This document shows positions 12,444 to 24,418 of a stretch of 64,000 nt of DNA, piece after piece. Within the stretch, counting starts at the first letter, position 1. Each line of letters begins with the position of its first letter. Origin of the DNA: Oikopleura dioica (lineage: Eukaryota; Animalia; Chordata); contig OU015567.1 in assembly GCA_907165135.1 (NCBI GenBank), positions 9,734,001 to 9,798,000 of the forward strand, written 5' to 3'. Position numbers and translations under genes: made by a program. A model generated the notes under the pieces. That model saw only the letters and a list, made by a program, of their open reading frames with translations, did not search any database and was not told where the DNA came from.

Positions 12444-13952
12444 ATGTCGATTCTCCAGAAAATCTCGGATATCGAGGCCGAAATGGCCAGAACGCAGAAG
12501 AATAAGGCTACGGCTGGCCATTTGGGTTTATTGAAGGCTAAGTTGGCGAAGTTGAGAAGAGAGTTGATTGAGCCCAAGTCCGGAGGAGGCGGAGGAAAGG
12601 GAGAAGGGTTTGATGTCGCAAGAACAGGTTTGTAATTGGGAAAAATAATCCATGAATAATGGAATAAAGGTGATGCCCGAGTCGGATTCGTTGGGTTTCC
12701 GTCAGTGGGAAAGTCAACGCTCTTGTCGAATCTGGCGGGTGTTTACTCAGAAGTGGCGGCGTACGAATTCACAACTCTGACGACAGTTCCGGGTGTGATT
12801 CGATACAAAGGAGCGAAGATTCAGCTACTCGATCTTCCTGGTATCATTGAAGGTGCCAAGGATGGTAAAGGTCGAGGTAAACAGGTCAGAAAATGAATTT
12901 TTAAGTACCATTCGGAAATGGCAGTTTTTCTGATAAATGAACCTAGGTCATTGCTGTTGCCAGAACATGCCACTTGATCTTCCTGTGTCTTGATGTTCTG
13001 AAGCCTTTGGGACACAAAGCAATCATCGAACACGAGTTGGAAGGATTTGGAATTCGATTGAATAAGAAACCACCGCAGATTACATTCCGAGTGAAGGAAA
13101 AGGGAGGATTGAATTATAATGCGCAAGTCGAGCAATCGGAATTGGACAAGGAACTAGTCCAGGTAAATTTACTTCGCGCAAACTTCAGCGCGATGCCGAC
13201 CAGTTTTATGAAAACATGAATTAACCTTCTTTATTGTTTATTTTAGTCAATTTTGAAAGAATACAAAATCCACAACGCGGATGTGACATTGAACGAAGAC
13301 GCAACCACAGACATGCTGATCGACGTTATTGAAGGAAACAGAATTTACATTCCTGCGATCTACGTCCTCAACAAAATCGACCAGATCTCCATCGAAGAGC
13401 TCGATCTCATTTACAAAATCCCCCACACTGTTCCCATCAGCGCGCATCACAAGGTAAATCAAAGATGAAAAAGAAGATCATTCTAATATTAAAATTCCAG
13501 TGGAACTTTGATGATCTTCTGGAAACCATGTGGGACTATTTGAAACTCACGCGTATCTACACGAAACCAAAGGAAAGTAGATAATATCCCCTATCTTTTG
13601 TAAAAATATCACGAGCTAAAATCAGCTCATTCCTGCTATTTCGTTCGCTAAATTCGCTAAACTTGACACGTAACTCACAGCGATTATCTATCTGAAAGGG
13701 TCAACTTCCCGACTATACAGAACCTGTTATTTTGAGAAAGGACATCAATACAGTCGAAGGTTTTGTGAACAAAATTCATAGGACGCTGATGGACTCATTC
13801 AAACACGCGCTTGTTTGGGTAATTATCTGTATTTTACAGATTTTATTTAACAAAATTCGCAGGGATCTTCCGTGAAGCACTGTCCCCAGCGAGTCGGAAA
13901 GGATCATATTCTGATGGACGAAGACGTCGTGCAAGTCATCAAGAAACACTGA
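12444..13952 (+). CDS. DRG1: Developmentally regulated GTP-binding protein 1 (7 exons)
   Basis: [29 protein letters not shown]; [11 protein letters not shown]; AAYEFTTLT; [16 protein letters not shown]; NKID; TGS end [17 protein letters not shown]. Confidence 0.98.
13573..13698 (+). other. Non-canonical GA-AG intron in DRG1
   Basis: Conserved YTKPK|GQLPD can only be rebuilt with AAG|GAAAGT...CTGAAAG|GGT. Confidence 0.9.
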
Positions 13953-14121
13953 AAGACCAGCAATTTGGCCAATCCTTGATGATTTAACTTATTACTTTCT
14001 GTAGGATAAAGATTATTCTTTCGCTAGTATCTCCCCCATTTAGACCAATTTTTCAATTGATGGAATCGCAGGAACCGCCAAAAATTTTACAGCACATTTG
14101 AGTTCAAAATGCAATTTTAGA

Positions 14122-14781
14122 ATGGTCAAAAAACTCGGAACAATCACAGACATCGACACGAAGAGCTACTATCTCGTTGTGGACAGGCAGAGCTTCGTTG
14201 TGAAGGATAAAGCTCTCAAGTATGAATTTTTCTAGTGACGCAATTATGAAGATGTTATCTTTCTGCCTAGGAAAGCAAAAGTTGCGAAGCATGAAAACGA
14301 GCCTACCTTGAACATTACGACTAAGAAATTGAATTTGATGACGAAAGCGAGTGAATTCGACGAGTATCTTGTGATTAAAACACCTGGGGTAAGTAGTCCG
14401 AGCGAACAAAATTCGTTCATGTAATGGGTGAAAAAGTGGCTTCTGACGATATTGACTCTGAGACGAGACGGAAATTATTAATAACTTTTGTTTTAGTCGA
14501 AGAAACTTTCCGTAAAACGAGCATATGTGCACAGCCTTCGTCCCCGCCCCACAGATAGCCAAGATGATGGTCAAACAACGACCATCAGACGCGACAACTA
14601 TAGAGAGGCGAAATTCCGCGTGCAAGAAGAGCTTGGAGGAGCTAGGCAAAAACGAATTCTGGCCGAGAGAAAGAAAGAAAAACAGATTTTCGATCATGGG
14701 CAAGCACTGGAAGCGTCAAAGGAAGCGATCAATGCTCCACTGCCGAAGCTTGTGAAACGATTGGGCAGCAAGAGGCACTAG
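14122..14781 (+). CDS. POLR1E: About 166-aa POLR1E/PAF53/A49-like protein (N-terminal dimerisation module + linker only), 3 exons
   Basis: DEYLVIKTPGSKKLSVKRAYVHSLRP resembles RHFVGILNKTSGQMEVYDAELFNMQP; NYREAKFRVQEELGGARQKRILAERK resembles TYREKMDSCIEAFGTTKQKRALNTRR. AATAAA follows the stop and ttttag directly precedes the ATG. Confidence 0.65.
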
Positions 14782-14915
14782 AATGAAGAAGGACTTTTTG
14801 ATTGTAACTAATAAAGATGTCAAATTTGAAGTGATCTTTTCGCCATTTGAAAGGACTCTGGGTGAAGGGCTTAGATTTAGTAAACTTATCGATATTCAGA
14901 ATGTAAAATGGTTAG

Positions 14916-17900
14916 ATGATCGGATGTGTAACTGCCACAGATGATTTTGAAGGGCAGGAAGCGGTCGACTTGGCTTTTGTGAAAGGAGAGACAATCTTTT
15001 TGCAAAAGCTAGTCGATGAGAACTGGGGCGAGGGACAAATTGGAAATGATCGTCAGGGTAAGATAATCCATTGATAAAACAGCCGTGTAAGATAATCTTC
15101 TAGGTATCTTTCCTTTGACTTTTACGAATTACGCGGAGCTGCGTGACATTCCAGTTGAGCAGCGGCCGCCCTCGCCAAACAAGCAGCGCGATTTCTCCGT
15201 CGGGGCGCAAGGAACAATCGTCAAAAATGTCAAGCACGGCAATCTCGGTAACAACACTTTCTTTTTCATCCCCCGCCATTGCCACTTGTAAAATATAATG
15301 CCCGAATTTGAATCCAAATTTCAGAAATTGGAGATCTTGTCAATGTCCTGTCACGTGATGACGATGTGTTCTGGGTCGAGGATAGGAAGAAGAATATCAT
15401 TCCAGGAAATTGGTTTGAAACCGAGGTTTCTTTTCTAGAACTAAAAGGAGAAAACATGAGTCATTTGCTTCTCCCGTGTTTCGTCTTCGAGTCGAAGTAA
15501 AATTTCTCAAGGCTACAAAATATATATACAAAAAAACTTTTTCGTAATTTAGTAAGAGAGAGATATTCAATGGGAAAATATGAAAGATTGATGGAACGAA
15601 ATGTTCCTCGGCTCTCAAGTATCTTTCGTCTTCGTAAAAATCGACACTCCGTGGTAAGATAAAAAATCATTTTCAAACCAAGTCTACCAGTTCCATACAA
15701 CATGATTGAGCTCAAAACAGGGCGCAAATCGACAGAGCCTCCGAATCTACGCAATGGAAATCAACAAAGACAATCTCCAACGACAAGAGGATTTCTCGAC
15801 AAGACAAAGAGCACCTTAGAAAAGAAGCTTAAAAGAGCCTCGTGGTCGCCCGATAAATCACCGATCCTTGATTTAGGACTCGAAATCGCAAATTTTGGGA
15901 TCAGAATGTTTCTGAAAATATTTTCAGAAATTCCTCTTCGCAAAAAGTGTGAAAGTCGTTGGCCTTGATTTTAGAACTGAAATTCGGTCAATGATATTTT
16001 TGATGCTCATAAATGCGTTTACGATGCGTTATAAGATGAAACTCGTTCTGATTCCACCAACAGATATCATTTGATGATTCCTCTCCATGCAAAGATCGCC
16101 GTGAAAGGCCAAAGTCAGTTGCAGATGTCCTTGGTATGTATTTTGTTGCTAATGCCTTTTCCGTAAAATATCAATCATTTTTTGAGTGTTGCTTCTTATT
16201 TTTCCAGGTGACATTGAGTGAAATCTTCCTCTGAAACATCAAGTTTAGATCTAGCAGACGAAAGTCACATGCCACTTTTTGTAGGGGTCACACATTATGC
16301 CAATTTTATGATTCAAAGATTTTATTCTTCTTCTCCCTTTATGCTCGATCATTTCGGCGAAAACCAATGCATAAGTCAGACATAAATATGGCACACTTCC
16401 TATTTCCTCAATTGATTGCATCTAGATCGGATTTCCGAAATCATCGCTTCCTAGTAATTGACACGAACTCCTAATCCTCGCTTGCCTTAGTTAGCGTTGG
16501 CTGCGCATCTGCTGCGCCACCAGCTGCCTTATTCTTACTTCGCGCCGCGGGTGGCCGTCGCCAAACAACGCACGCGCCACCAGGGAGTCCCAATCGTAAT
16601 TTCAATCATTGCTCAATCGCAAAATCAAATCTCACCTTTTTTGAATTTGAAAAGTTAATTTTTATGACAAACATCAAGTACCCACTTCTCGCGAGAATAC
16701 GAAGAGTGCGTAAACGAAAAATGGTTATAAGAGGTTAGACAGAGCTAGAAGCTTTCAGGAACTTCGGTCAAAGTTTGACTCAAACGAATGTAGTAAATTT
16801 TCGCGTGCTCTGCAATTAAAATTCTGACTTTGGGCAGTGTTTTTTAATCAGTAAAATATTCACATGTCTTATATATAACAGCCATGATTCCTAGCCTAGA
16901 GTCGTAAAAGGCCTCACAGACCTTAAAGTAATATCGTATAATTTGTATTTCCGATAGGAAGTCCTCTATGTCTCCCAAAACCCCAATAAGTGGCGGATAC
17001 TACCCGCAGCGAATAAACACACTCGAAGGGTAGAAAAACTAACAAAGTCGTTTTCAGATTCAAACAGCAAGCGACGATCCTACCAAGAAGCAACAGAGCC
17101 GGTTTGGGAGAAGACTGCTGAGAAGGAAATACGAAGAGATCAACCTGGCAGAAAGAGCCTGAAGGACCTTTTCAAAGGCAAATTTTCCAACGCGGACTCG
17201 AAGAAAGAATCAGAAAAGCACATTCAGAAGCTAAAGGAGCAAATTGAGCGACAAGAAAAAGAGAGAAAACGTCTTGAAGACAGGTAACAGATCTCGTAGA
17301 TAGTTAAAGATTTCAAACGGGGAACTTCACTCTTCGAAATACTTCGGTATCAAAGTCTAACTGTATGAATAGATTTGGAAGCGCGAGCTCGGAAAGCGAG
17401 CGGACGACGATCCGGAATCAGCTAAAGATGGCAGACTCTAACCTTCGACGTCTGAACGTTGAGCTTTCCAAGGAGTGTCCGGTGCCTATCTATAACCATC
17501 AGCGGACGCCGTCTGCCCCTGTATCTATGGCGTCCTCCGACGAGTCCTCCCAGTCACGCGGCGAGATACAGCTGCAAAAATCCATAGAAGAGTTAAGGGA
17601 AACTGAGGTGGACTATGTCAACGATTTGTGGTTCATACTAGGAAGGCTGGCTCCGGAAATTCAACAGGACAGAGATCTTCTCTTTGGCGGAATTGATGAG
17701 ATTCATGAGTTCGCTTCAGGTAAAATATTTACAACGTTTATTGAGGGGCTCGAGATACAAATTGATAGTTCCGGAAAATCCCTTATTTATTCACCTATCT
17801 TAGATGGGATATCTTATAAACAAAATCTGAAACTGTTTTTATAGCGATCGCGTCTAAATTCGCCGACTTGGACAGATTAGAAACGCTTGAGGAACAATGT

Positions 17901-20900
17901 GCCGAACTTGCAAAGCTGTTTCTGGACGAAATCGTCGAGATGCGAAATGTTTACGGTCCCTACTGCTCGCGCCAGGGCGAGGCTTCTGTTAAAGCCGCCC
18001 AGTTGAATACACAAGAGATCGACCAGATGATTTCTGAAGCAAGGCGACGAGGAGAGACCAAGGCGTTCAACATGAACTCGTTGCTGATCAAGCCTGTTCA
18101 ACGAATCACCAAATACCCACTGCTCATCGGACAGATCATGAAGTACGCACCAACTGAATCTTCCAAGCTTCTTCTCAGCGACGCGATGAATGAAATGAAG
18201 AAAACACTTGATGACATCAACAATCAGAAGCTCAATTTCGACATTGTTGACAGGTAATATTTACAAAGAATTAGTCTTGTTTTTGTTTTCGCCTGTTAGT
18301 CTTAGTTTGCTGTTAAACATAAAAAGCTGTGAATAATCGTTTGCAGCTAAACGTGATAAAGTATGATCTCACAATATTTATCCAATTAGGGAAGAAGTGT
18401 TTTAAAAATCATTTCTCTGAAGATCTTCATTACTAACAAGGAATAATTAGCAACTGTTTCAGGTACACTCGACCTGCTCAACATCGACAGCCAAACATCA
18501 TCAACGGCTTGAAAAAAGGCCTGAAACAAATGGAACGCATCAAGCCACCACTCACAAGTCCGGCTAACCCAAGCATCGAAGACCCGAATGACAAAATATT
18601 CAACAAGGAATACCAAATCGCCACGAACGTCAAGTCTAGATAAGGGTGTCGCCTTATCATTTTAAATATTTATTTCTGTATCTATCTGTAGAAAATGTTA
18701 TGCTCTTTATTTAAATATACTGCGATAAAAACGCGCCACCCACGTGATGAGAATTGAACGATTTCTTGAAGAGCTCAAAAAGTTATTACCAACGGTTCGG
18801 GCCATGTGTCCCGAATCGGTTTTAGGAGCAGAGTTTGAGCAGACACTAAGGGGAACAATTTTTTTCCCTCTCCAAGCCAGGTTATAAATGTTCTTCGTTT
18901 ACTGGAGCGCAAGTTAATAATAACATTACTTCATAAATCATATTATTATACGTTGTTTTGGTAAACTTGGGAAGCCGTAATCATTACGGCCGCAACTATT
19001 TATTGTTAATAAATCCGATGTGGTTTTATCTGGATCCCATTAGATCAGTTGTGGAAATTTAAATTTCCTCAAGACTGGTTTCCACGTCATGCTAGTTTTA
19101 TTTGAGTTTAAAAAACAAGAGTGTCTATTTTTTGGATTTTACATGGGGAAATTTAAGTCGTCCCGGGACGAAAATTTCCCTGGGTATATCTACTACTGAA
19201 AGGGTGTTTGAGTTCGGAAAATCCATCGAAACATCATTGCTCATCAGTGATCCGTTTCATTTTCTCGAACGTTCTTTGAAGGTTGACGTAACAACCTTCA
19301 ACCAATTAAAGCCCCATATCAACAATTTTGAATTTGAATTCCTTTAGAGCAATTTTTCAAAAGACGCTCACTTCACTCTTCGAAGAACCAGAGTTCAGAT
19401 TAGCAATGAGGTTCTGATGGGATTTTTTCCGAACTCAAACACCCCGTCAGTAGAAAGGATGTCTAGTTTTTGCCAATCTTTACACCCTCCGGTCTAGTTT
19501 TTGAACATAATTATATAACCCTCTCGTAAGAAGTTCTGAAATGCTTTCAAATGCCAGATACGCTCGTCCGGAAGAGGTCGGCTAAGCTGCAAGATTACGA
19601 AAGAATGTCCAAAAGCGATCCACGTGGTGCTAGTGACGGTATTTAGCAAATAGATTTCTCCTTCTTTACGCTGTCTTTTAGCCAAGCAAGTGTTCTCCGC
19701 GCTGAATGCCCAACTGATGGCCGAGCTACCAAAATTATCCGCCTTGGCGGAATCACTATTCCTCTCAAGGAAGTGGATCATAATCATCAAATATGAGACA
19801 TATAACTTGACATTTAGCGTCGTCGAATTCTGTTAATCTTACGGAGCATTACGTCGCATTTAGCATCTGCGATCCATCGAAAAGCGTAGCCTCGTTAACT
19901 TATCTCGTCGGACAGCTTCTTGCTAAGCTGAATTCCCAGCACCCGCGTCCGTCCTCTGAAAATAATCATGCTGCCCGTGCAAAGTTTAAGAAGAGTAACG
20001 ACGATCTCTGGCTTGCCATTCAAAAGCTCGATCTTATATCCACCAATTTCAATCGCCCAAAACCAGAGCCTGTTCTTACATCGAGCACTCAAACTCCTCA
20101 TGGTAAGATCTTTGCCATTTTTGAAAAAATTTTTATCAATAATTAAGATAGAAGTATTATTGCAAATCAAAGAGGTTATGTCTTCCAAGCCAAAGATAGA
20201 TGGATATCTGGCGATAGAAGGGATCTGAAAGTTTCTAAAGGAGACCTGCTTCACAAAATACACGATCAAGTCGTCCAAGGAAAGATCCTTGTGGACAATG
20301 GTTCCAAAAAAGGATATGTTCCGATGCGGATTCTCTCTCGTACGTTAAAATTTAAATTTTAAAACAGGACACACTGATTCACCTACCTGATTCTTACGGG
20401 ATTTTCAGCAATTTCAAGGCGACAGTTAGGCTCATTCGTCAACGGAAATTCTGATTCTTCTGAGCAGCTGCAGACGGTTTTGCCGGAGAAATCCGGTAAA
20501 GACAAGAGTTCCTCGGCCTTGATAGATTTCGAAACTGAGGCTGACTCTCCTGTTTCTAACAAGACGAACACAAGCGAGTTCTTCATAAACGCAAAATACG
20601 ACTTCACTAGAAGAAGTGATGCCGAGTAAGTTTGTTATTGAGCGTCAAATTTGATTTGAGTCTATTTGATACCGCTCCCTGTATATCTGTTTTACGAGCT
20701 ATTAAAATAATTGATTTGATTAATCGCAGCGTTGTTTATATCAGTCAGTATTTTATATGCTGTCGATAAGACCAAATTTTGACGTAAATATTTAACAATA
20801 ACGGCAGGGATGATAATAAGAAATCCTAATTATGTAAAAAAAACGCTAACGCGATTAATTTCTCGCTGTTAGTTTATAGCTAATCTAAGCAAGACTTGTT

Positions 20901-22811
20901 CTTGTGATGATTTCAGACAGCATTTCACCGTTCATATTTATATTACTATAGTGTGGGACTTGACTGGAACAAAAAGGACTCAAAATGGCTCGATGATGAG
21001 GAGGAGTTTTATTGTGGTGAATGTGATGTTGAGTGATTGAAATTGCAGAGAGAGAAGTCGGCTTGATTATATGCCGAGAGGAAAGGTGTGAAACAGGAAA
21101 TATGAAGGAGAATCGGTAGGGGAAAGATTGTGTGCCAAAGAAAGCTAGGGGATAGTTCGGTAGTCTTACACTATATATAGCCCTCCCTACTTTATAGTGA
21201 GCGAAGCTCAGGTAGAATTAAAAGAAATAGTGACTGTATCAAAGAAATTAATAAATCTTTTTTGGCGAAATTTAAAGAATAAGTTTTGGCGAGCACGTTT
21301 AACTGATTTATGGATTCTTGAGAAGGTGTGTCGCGTTCAGTAGTTGCCATAGCTTTATTGACTAACTTGATAAGTGTTTTTGGAGTTAAATTTGTTTGCT
21401 AATGCTAAGAGCCATCATATCGCGAAAAATATTAATTGATAAGAATAATAAAATGATGAGTGTCAGGTAACAAGGACCATCTCACGGTTACTGGCGAACG
21501 TCGAATCTAGCTTCTTTAGGGATACCCCGACCTATTTTTTCTGTGTATTTATTTATTCTGTGGCGAACTAGTAAAGAAATTCACCAGTAATTCGCAAGTG
21601 CTACGCGATAATTATCATTTAACCAAGCGTCCCCAGTAGAATTCTTAGCATTAAATTTTTACGTTCTGAGAATACTCTTAAAATCCCGAAAAATTTTTCT
21701 TTTACTCAAGTATACAGAAATAAGGCGGAACTCTCGGTATGGGCGCTCTTCAAAACATTGGCATTTTAAAATCAAGATTTAAGTTTTTATAGTTATTTTA
21801 GAATTATCATAAATTTAAAAACTACTAGAATTTTAAATAATGAAATAGATTAATAAGTCAAATATAAGATGGAATTTAAAAGGAGATACTTTTGGGAGAA
21901 TTTTTTTAGCTGTTTCAAGGTGATGATGGTGGATGAGTTGAAGTTGAAATTGTCATCATTGTTTGTTTTGTTGTTGTCGTTGTGTTGGTTGTGGGTTGCA
22001 CCCAAGTAACAAGTTTGGCTTGACGTCTAGTTGTAGATGTAGTTGTTAATGTAGTTGCGATATGGTCATTGAAAATGTTGATGGGAATGAAGTGGGTGAG
22101 GTGGAGGAAATTGTTGGAGTAGTTGTCGTCGTTGTTGAGGTGGTGATAAACTTGAAGATGGATTTTTCTTCTCCTCCTCTTCTTCTTTTTCAGCCATTTG
22201 AGTTATTGGAGCGGCTCTTCGGGGAATCTCTTAGTTCGATCTGTTGATCAGTCACCAAACTATATAGTGTGGGACTTGACTGGAACAAAAAGGACTCAAA
22301 ATGGCTCGATGATGAGGAGGAGTTTTATTGTGGTGAATGTGATGTTGAGTGATTGAAATTGCAGAGAGAGAAGTCGGCTTGATTATATGCCGAGAGGAAA
22401 GGTGTGAAACAGGAAATATGAAGGAGAATCGGTAGGGGAAAGATTGTGTGCCAAAGAAAGCTAGGGGATAGTTCGGTAGTCTTACACTATATAATTACTA
22501 ATAATGCGGATTATCACCAAGAAAGCTTAGTTTTCATTTTTTACCATTAGAAGATAATTCAAAAAATTCTTTTAATAATTAAATTTATTACCGACAAGAA
22601 TAGTTTACCTTTTTGAATAATGTGGCGGAAGTGAAAGATCTATTGTCCGAAATAACGAAATTTTAGGCTGACTGTGGAAGAAGGGGAGCGTGTTTTGGTT
22701 GTTACGCAAGCAGATGCCGATGGAAATACAGACTGGTGGTTTGTCAGGAACAGCGTCGGAAAATCAGGATACGTCCCACGCTCCTATCTCGTCAACGAAG
22801 CCGATATCTAA
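14916..22811 (+). CDS. DNMBP: Dynamin-binding protein/Tuba (N-terminal SH3s, DH, BAR, two C-terminal SH3s); continuity across 15450-17050 not fully resolved
   Basis: SH3 ATDDFEGQEAVDLAFVKGE..DENWGEG..GIFP; DH ELRETEVDYVNDL..SLLIKPVQRITKYPLL; BAR LVRKRSAKLQDY..ALNAQLMAELPK; final SH3 YDFTRRSDAE|LTVEEGERV..DGNTDWWFV..GYVPRSYL. Confidence 0.9.
20947..22493 (-). mobile_element. Non-autonomous LTR retroelement (1547 bp) in the last DNMBP intron
   Basis: Two apparently identical 231-bp LTRs (20947-21177, 22263-22493); 5-bp TSD ATTAC (20942-46, 22494-98); PBS-like TGGTGAC.. 5 nt after the 5' LTR; PPT AGTAGGGAGGG (21181-91) before the 3' LTR; no gag/pol. Confidence 0.92.
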
Positions 22812-23209
22812 CGCCAATAACGAAAAGTACAATTTTAACATCTAAAAGTAACAATTCAATTTACCATCTGCTATTTAGCAGTACTGATCATTGTGATACT
22901 CCTTTTCAAAGTAATAACGGTTATTTTCTTCTATAGCCTTTTATCTTGTCTCCTGAAAGTACTTTTTATTTGAACAACTTCAAAAATGAATCTAAACGAA
23001 ACTTTAAAAAACTGCTCGCTCGTTTACTTACCTCTGCCTCTATTCATCTACACAAAAGTTCTAAAATCCTTCCAGCCCTTTCAATAAATAAATAAATATA
23101 ATGCACTAATTCGTATAATCATTCGAGTTCATAACCCCCTCTTTCTTTTTCTGTCAACAATGCAACTTCTGGCCCAGCCGTATTTTCTCGTGATTTTGTT
23201 GCAAGCTTT

Positions 23210-24418
23210 TTATTCTGTATTATTTTCTTTTAAAAATAAACTCATTCCATAAACACGCTCCTTATCAGACTCAAATGCATTGAACTTGACAAGATTTTTA
23301 CATTTTCTTTTTATTAGAAATAGATTTTTTTCAGAAATGACGTTCATATCTGACAGAGCATTTTCTTCGTTAGCAGGATTATAATACAGCAGAAACATAC
23401 TACGGCATCGAAACTAGTTTTACAAGTTACAAATACGAGTGGGAGACAGTTTTCTAATTCACGATTCAAGACACTTTTTTCTTGCATGTTTCTTTCTCAA
23501 CAAGAGAAGGTGAATTTAAATCGTTTCCTGAAATTCACTCGTGGATTTCGCATCTTTGCACACGGGGTAATCCACTGATGCTCCGAGCTTCACGTGGTCA
23601 GCAATTTTAATCTAATAGACCGACTCTATACAAAAACAGCCCATTCATCAATTTCGACCACTTTCCTGTGGGACCCAGCCAACACCATTAGGCACAAACC
23701 ACATTTCTCTCCACTCTCCCTCGAAGCATCCTATGCGAATGCTGTTTGCAGTGGAAATATTTCTCTGCTTGTGACATCGAATTTTAGAGCACTTGTTTTG
23801 TGTTTTGAATTAATTCCTAGTTTGGTAACTTGTTGCGGGTGATAATATAAAAATAAATTCGGTTGAACAAATCGGAACCAAACCTAATTCGTTCAAATTT
23901 ACTTTCTTTCGATTAATAGATAATAAGAAAGTTGATGGAAAATATTATAGATTGGTTGCTTCGTTAAAAAAATGGTTGTAATGACGCACATTTTTCGCGA
24001 AGCAGTCCAAAAGTATTAGACATTCCTTAATTTTAGCGGAAAAAGTCGTGTCATTGAATCATTTTTCGATTAGATATAGACCTAATATAATATTCGATCT
24101 CCTTTCTCGTGATACAATTCAAAAGAAAACAAGTTTATATTTACTGAAGCTACATCAGATGTAGTTCATCTAGGTAGCTGATATTTTTAACTCCAAACCT
24201 CTTGATAAAGATGCATTCAAAACACTTGACAAAGTCCCTTCCGGAAGCGACTCATTTGTTGTAAAACCGAGAGAATTTCTAAACGACAATTTCTTGGATT
24301 CACCGGGAGCTTTGCAACCAGAATAATCCCATAGAAGCTCTCCGTCTGGCTGCATTCCTTCTAATTTGCAACCTTTTTTCTCAGATTTTTCGCTGACTGC
24401 CAGGGCTAAAATATTCAT
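23210..24418 (-). CDS. Possible unidentified multi-exon gene
   Basis: Exon-like frames GMQPDGELLWDYSGCKAPG, NSIRIGCFEGEWREMWF and MFLLYYNPANEEN; no family recognised. Confidence 0.3.

Noticed and set aside
14104-14703. 199-aa minus-strand ORF (also other antisense ORFs over collagen, filamin and KCNH)
   Set aside because: Shadow frames antisense to well-supported genes; they run through introns and carry no recognisable motifs.
18636-18750. Apparent AT-AG intron and premature stops in the DNMBP DH-BAR region
   Set aside because: A canonical GTC AA|GTCTAG...GAG|A parse exists, and the TAA near 19527 falls in an intron under a GA-AG parse.
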